Below are positions 60,063 through 64,000 of a stretch of 64,000 nt of DNA, piece by piece; positions within the stretch are counted from its first letter, which is position 1, and the number at the start of each line of letters is the position of its first letter. The DNA is taken from contig JBBRNJ010000014.1 in assembly GCA_038230375.1 (NCBI GenBank), forward strand, positions 1 through 64,000, in the 5' to 3' direction. Source of the stretch: Polyangiales bacterium (GTDB lineage: Bacteria; Myxococcota_A; Polyangia; Polyangiales; Polyangiaceae). Position numbers and translations under genes: made by a program. The notes under the pieces are model-generated. The model made no database searches. It was not told where the DNA came from and was given only the letters and a program-made list of their open reading frames with translations.

Positions 60063-60230
60063 CTACTTCACGCCTGGCGGAGGTGGGGCGGGTGGCGCGG
60101 TGTCGCTCTGGACGCAGGATGACAGATCGAAGAGCAGGAACTCGAGCGCCTTCTCCTGCGTGGAGAGCCCGACGCTGGTGCAGCCCGTGGGCCAGTCTTG
60201 TCCCGTCTGATCGTTGCTCGCACCGGCTTC
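60063..60230 (-). pseudogene. orphan 3' gene remnant (...[43 protein letters not shown])
   Basis: Protein-like frame with no start codon and an in-frame TGA just upstream; resembles the C-terminus of a large myxobacterial secreted family. Confidence 0.6.
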
Positions 60231-60365
60231 CTCATGGGCACACCTTCATACGTTGAGCGCGTCATCGCGGATCGACGGTGGCAACTGAGTCATCGCGAAT
60301 CCAGCATGTTTATCAGGCGATCGTCGCGATTGTCTCCCTGTGGCGACAGCCCGGAGTGACAAGGC

Positions 60366-61625
60366 TCAGCGCGGAGCGTGAGCGCGTGCGAGCTTCCGTT
60401 CCACGACATCGTCGCTCGCGTCGTCCGCGATCGCGGCGATGGCTTCGCGAAAAGGGTCGTATGCGCTGCCCTCCGCAGCGATCCGGATGCGCGCCGGTGC
60501 GGCGCCGCTCACGCGGAGCGCGATGGCCGCGCCGAGCTTCTCGTCTTCGGTTGCCGCGGGGTTGCGAAGCGTGGCCTCGGCGTCGTCCGGCGAGGTGCCA
60601 GGAGAGCGATAGCTCGGGTCCATCGCGCGGCGAAGGTGCTCGCGCCACTCCACGAGTGATCTGCCTCCGCGCGCGAAGTGCGTGGCGTTCACCTGCGCAG
60701 GTGCCTGGAGCCGGTGGCGAAGGATGTTGGTCGCGGCGGCGCGTCGGTCCGCGTCGATGCCCGTACCAGAGATGATGATCGGAGCGCCGTCGCTCTGGAT
60801 GGTCGTCGCCATCTTCGGGTGGGGCTGATCCACGCTCCGGATCTTCTCGCGCGGCACGAACCGGGTGCGGCGCCCGGCGGTGAAGACGATGCCGTCGTCT
60901 CCGATGGTCAGCTCCGGCGCACGGGCGATCCGCTTGAGCAAAGGGTACGCGCCGAAGACCGTGACCAGCGAGATGAGAGCGCCGAGCGCGGCGCGGAGGA
61001 TCATGGCGAGCTCGTAGTTCCCGCTCTCGGTGCGCAAGAAGAGCAGCATCAACGGGATCGCGGTGAGGAGGCCCGCGACCCAGGAGGTGATGAGGCCGAG
61101 CAGCGGATGCAGGAGCCGCCGGCGGGGCGTGGCGAACGGGATGCGGACGCGTCGCCGACCCGGGCCGAAACCAAGCTCCGACACGAGCGCGTGCGCGCTG
61201 GCCTCGTCCGACACCTGACACGAGAGCTCATCGCCCCCGCGAACCAGTATCTCCACCGTTGGCAATGCGGGTGGGTCGTGGAGCACTGCGAATGCGCTGT
61301 CGACATCCGGGAGGGCGACGTGGCGCGAGAGGCCATGGCGCTCCACGTGCAGCATGTCACCGTCAATGGCCACGATGCCCGGCGACCGCTTGCGGCGGAA
61401 GAAGATCACGTAGGACGTAACGAACGCAGCCATCGCGAGCACCTGGAAGATCGGGCCCGCGCCCACGACGGCGGCGCCCATGGCGCTCACGCCCATCGCG
61501 GCTTGCCCGACCGCGGTCACCACGGCGCTCAGCGCGTACAGCAAGAGGCCCGCGCGCGAGAGCTTGCGCGAGGTGGCTCCCGCCAGGCGCGAGATGCCGG
61601 CGCTGTTCGTTTGGTGCGTAGGCAC
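60366..61625 (-). CDS. membrane protein with two TM-hairpin plus PH-like repeats
   Basis: Two blocks of TM pair followed by a beta-rich segment; start GTG 61625 or ATG 61637. Confidence 0.7.
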   Translation of the reverse strand: MPTHQTNSAGISRLAGATSRKLSRAGLLLYALSAVVTAVGQAAMGVSAMGAAVVGAGPIFQVLAMAAFVTSYVIFFRRKRSPGIVAIDGDMLHVERHGLSRHVALPDVDSAFAVLHDPPALPTVEILVRGGDELSCQVSDEASAHALVSELGFGPGRRRVRIPFATPRRRLLHPLLGLITSWVAGLLTAIPLMLLFLRTESGNYELAMILRAALGALISLVTVFGAYPLLKRIARAPELTIGDDGIVFTAGRRTRFVPREKIRSVDQPHPKMATTIQSDGAPIIISGTGIDADRRAAATNILRHRLQAPAQVNATHFARGGRSLVEWREHLRRAMDPSYRSPGTSPDDAEATLRNPAATEDEKLGAAIALRVSGAAPARIRIAAEGSAYDPFREAIAAIADDASDDVVERKLARAHAPR

Positions 61626-61703
61626 GCGCCCGAGCATAGCAAAGCGCAGGGTCCACGGACTCTCTTGGCCATCCCGGGCGACTCGCAGTAGATGTGAGCC
61701 AGG

Positions 61704-62390
61704 ATGAACCGGCCTGCCATCCGAGACCTCACCATTGTCGTGGCGCTGCTCGCGTCATCGGTCGCGTGTCTCCTTCCGAGCCGTTCCGCGCCGCCGCCCT
61801 CGCTGCCGGCGTCTCTCACGTGCGATGACGGGCCGCTGCCTGGAGTCCCGAAGGAGCCGCTGCCACTGCGACCGCAAGTGGCGGGGGTGCAGACCGCGGA
61901 CGCGAAGAACGCGAAGCGCCTCTACGACGAGGAGCGATGGGCGGAGGCCAAGGTCGCGCTCGGACGCGTGGCCACGGGCGAGACGGGTGATGACGTCGGC
62001 AACCGGCAGCTCGCCGGCTACCAGCAGGCGGTGGCGCTGTTCCGCCTTGGTGACCATGTCGAGGCCGCCCGGATCTTCGGAGAGATCGCGCGCGAGCGCT
62101 CACACCTGCGACACGGCGAGACGCTGCTCTGGCTCGCGAAGATCGCGGCGTCCGTGCCGGAGCTCACGCGGGCACTTGCATTCTACACGGAAGACGACAT
62201 CACCAAGTACGACAACCCGGACCAGCGCGAGACCTTCTGGCAGCTCGCATACCTCCTGGGCCGCGAGCGCCTGGAGCGCGGTCTTCCGGCCGCCGCCGCT
62301 CGGCTCTTCGGGCGCGTCGACGGTCCTCTCAAGAGCTACGCGAAGCGCTGCCTCACGAAGGCGAACGAGCTGCAAACACCGCATCCGTGA
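61704..62390 (+). CDS. short TPR lipoprotein, GltC-like N-terminal region
   Basis: SVAC lipobox; helical repeats (ALFRLG, ETLLWLA, WQLAYLLGR). Confidence 0.6.
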   Translation: MNRPAIRDLTIVVALLASSVACLLPSRSAPPPSLPASLTCDDGPLPGVPKEPLPLRPQVAGVQTADAKNAKRLYDEERWAEAKVALGRVATGETGDDVGNRQLAGYQQAVALFRLGDHVEAARIFGEIARERSHLRHGETLLWLAKIAASVPELTRALAFYTEDDITKYDNPDQRETFWQLAYLLGRERLERGLPAAAARLFGRVDGPLKSYAKRCLTKANELQTPHP

Positions 62391-62429
62391 CGCGGGCAAC
62401 GAGCCGGCGGAGCCGTGTATGCTCGGACA

Positions 62430-64000
62430 ATGTCTGAAAGCCCCGTCGTTCGGCGCATGGTGATGTTCAAGCACGGGGTCGCCTACCTGGAGCGCGGCGG
62501 ACCTGCCGAAGGACCATTCGATCTCTCGTTCAAGAAGGACGAGATGAACGACGTCCTGAAGTCACTCGCGGTCTGGGTGGCGAAGGGCGACGCGCAGATC
62601 GGCGCGCTCGCGTTCGAGAAGCCCGAGGATCCCGAGGCGGAGCTCGAACGTCGCAAGTTGAATCTGCCCGCGTGGGGAACCATGCTCGCTCTCCTTGGCG
62701 CGATCAAGGGGCGTCGCATTGCGGCGCTCGTCGACGGCGCGCGAAGGGAAGGGGAGGTCATCGGCGTGGAGGCGGAGTCGCTGGGAGATCGCGGCGAGCG
62801 CAGGCGGCTGCTCCTGCGCGAGGGTGACGGTCGCATCACCATGCACGACGTCGCCACGCTCGAGAGCATCGAGCTGCTCGACCCCGCATCGCGCGCCGAC
62901 CTCGCGTTCTTCGTGGACCGGAGCCGCGCCGCGAGCGCGGGCGAGACACGCAGCGTGCACATCGACGTGCGTGGCAAGGCGGAAGATCTGCGCGTGTCCT
63001 ACGTGGTCCCCGCGCCCACGTGGCGGGTGTCGTATCGCATCGCTCGTTCGAAGGACGAGACCGTGCTCATGGCGTGGGGGATCGTCCACAATCCTGCGGA
63101 TGAGGATCTCGAGGAGATCTCGCTCGTGCTCACCACGGGGCAGCCCGTGAGCTTCGTGATCGATCTCTACAACCCGAAGAACGTGCGACGCGCCGTCGTC
63201 GAGGAGAGCGAGCGCGCCATCGCCGCACCTACCCAGTTCGAGCGCGCAGCTGCCCGCAGCAGGAGCTACGGCGGGCCCCCCGCGGCTGGCGCCGCTGAGC
63301 CGGCGGCGCGGGGCATGACCAGCTTCGCAATGGTGGAAGCGCTCAGCGTCGACGAGGACGCTCCAGACACCGGCAGGAGCTTCGGTGACGCCGCCATGGA
63401 GGAAGGCGCGGCCGCCGCCTACGCCGATCGCGGCGAGCTGTTCGAGTACAAGGTCGCCGCGCCCGTGTCGCTCAAGCGCGGCGGCTCTGCCATGGTCCCG
63501 CTCGTGGCTTCGAAGCTACCGTCAGAGAAGGAGCGCATCTGGCGCGTGGGTCCGCCGTCGTCACCAGATCTGGTCGTCACCTTCAAGAACGTGTCGGGCG
63601 CGGTCCTCGAGGAGGGACCTGCCGTGATTTACGACGACAACGTCTACGCCGGCGAGGCGATGATGCCATACACCGCGCGCGGCTCCGAGGTGAAGCTGGC
63701 CTACGCCAAGGACCTGGCCGTTCGCTGTCGCTTCGACTCGACACACCGCAGCGTCATCTCGGCCCTGCGGGTGGGGGAGGGAGCGATGATCGAGGAGATC
63801 CGCGCCGAGGTGCATCACACCTTCCGCGCCGACAGCGACCACGCAGAGCCCGCGCGTGTGGTGTTCGAGCTCCCGAAGGTCCTCGGTCGCGTGTTCGACG
63901 CCGCGGAGCAGAAGCCCTTCGAGAGCACCGCGTCGTACCACCGCTTCGAGATGACGGTGGCGCCGCAGTCGTTCACGACCATCAACGCCACGGAGGTGTG
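62430..64000 (+). CDS. DUF4139-like protein (runs off the window end)
   Basis: Not in the ORF track because no stop falls in the window. Reads MSESPVVRRMVMFKHGVAYLER...MNDVLKSL...SYVVPAPTWRVSYR...GELFEY. Confidence 0.8.
   Translation, partial: MSESPVVRRMVMFKHGVAYLERGGPAEGPFDLSFKKDEMNDVLKSLAVWVAKGDAQIGALAFEKPEDPEAELERRKLNLPAWGTMLALLGAIKGRRIAALVDGARREGEVIGVEAESLGDRGERRRLLLREGDGRITMHDVATLESIELLDPASRADLAFFVDRSRAASAGETRSVHIDVRGKAEDLRVSYVVPAPTWRVSYRIARSKDETVLMAWGIVHNPADEDLEEISLVLTTGQPVSFVIDLYNPKNVRRAVVEESERAIAAPTQFERAAARSRSYGGPPAAGAAEPAARGMTSFAMVEALSVDEDAPDTGRSFGDAAMEEGAAAAYADRGELFEYKVAAPVSLKRGGSAMVPLVASKLPSEKERIWRVGPPSSPDLVVTFKNVSGAVLEEGPAVIYDDNVYAGEAMMPYTARGSEVKLAYAKDLAVRCRFDSTHRSVISALRVGEGAMIEEIRAEVHHTFRADSDHAEPARVVFELPKVLGRVFDAAEQKPFESTASYHRFEMTVAPQSFTTINATEV

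Noticed and set aside
60068..60265. 65-aa ORF from the track
   Set aside because: Arg/Ser-rich off-frame reading; the protein-like signal is in a neighbouring frame (gene remnant).

Overview
High-GC, gene-dense chromosomal segment that looks like Myxococcota (probably Polyangiales). This is inferred from the tandem Ser/Thr kinase-FGE receptors, Tgl-like, GltC-like and AgmX/PglI-like proteins, a MYXO-CTERM-like matrixin and a mevalonate operon. It holds about 60 CDS and two tRNAs (Phe-GAA, Leu-GAG), with no integrase, transposase, CRISPR array or rRNA. Most content is housekeeping: thiC, bioB, lpxB, nadK, gshA, trpF, hisB, recO, murJ, engB, def, ilvE, a five-gene MoxR/VWA operon and a fni + polyprenyl synthase/mvk/mvaD/PMK/HMGR isoprenoid locus. 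I found no unmistakable new multi-gene system. The best leads are non-coding or sub-genic: (1) a nested four-helix RNA-like leader behind a near-consensus sigma70 promoter in front of the mevalonate operon; (2) a ~210-nt structured, possibly switchable intergenic element before the Tgl-like gene; (3) G-avoiding synonymous codon use in trpF where two operons converge; (4) recurrent TANNNT boxes directly in front of start codons, suggesting leaderless transcription; (5) a GTCGAN hexamer array; (6) a frameshifted esterase and an orphan gene remnant. All annotations come from motif recognition by eye and no database was searched.
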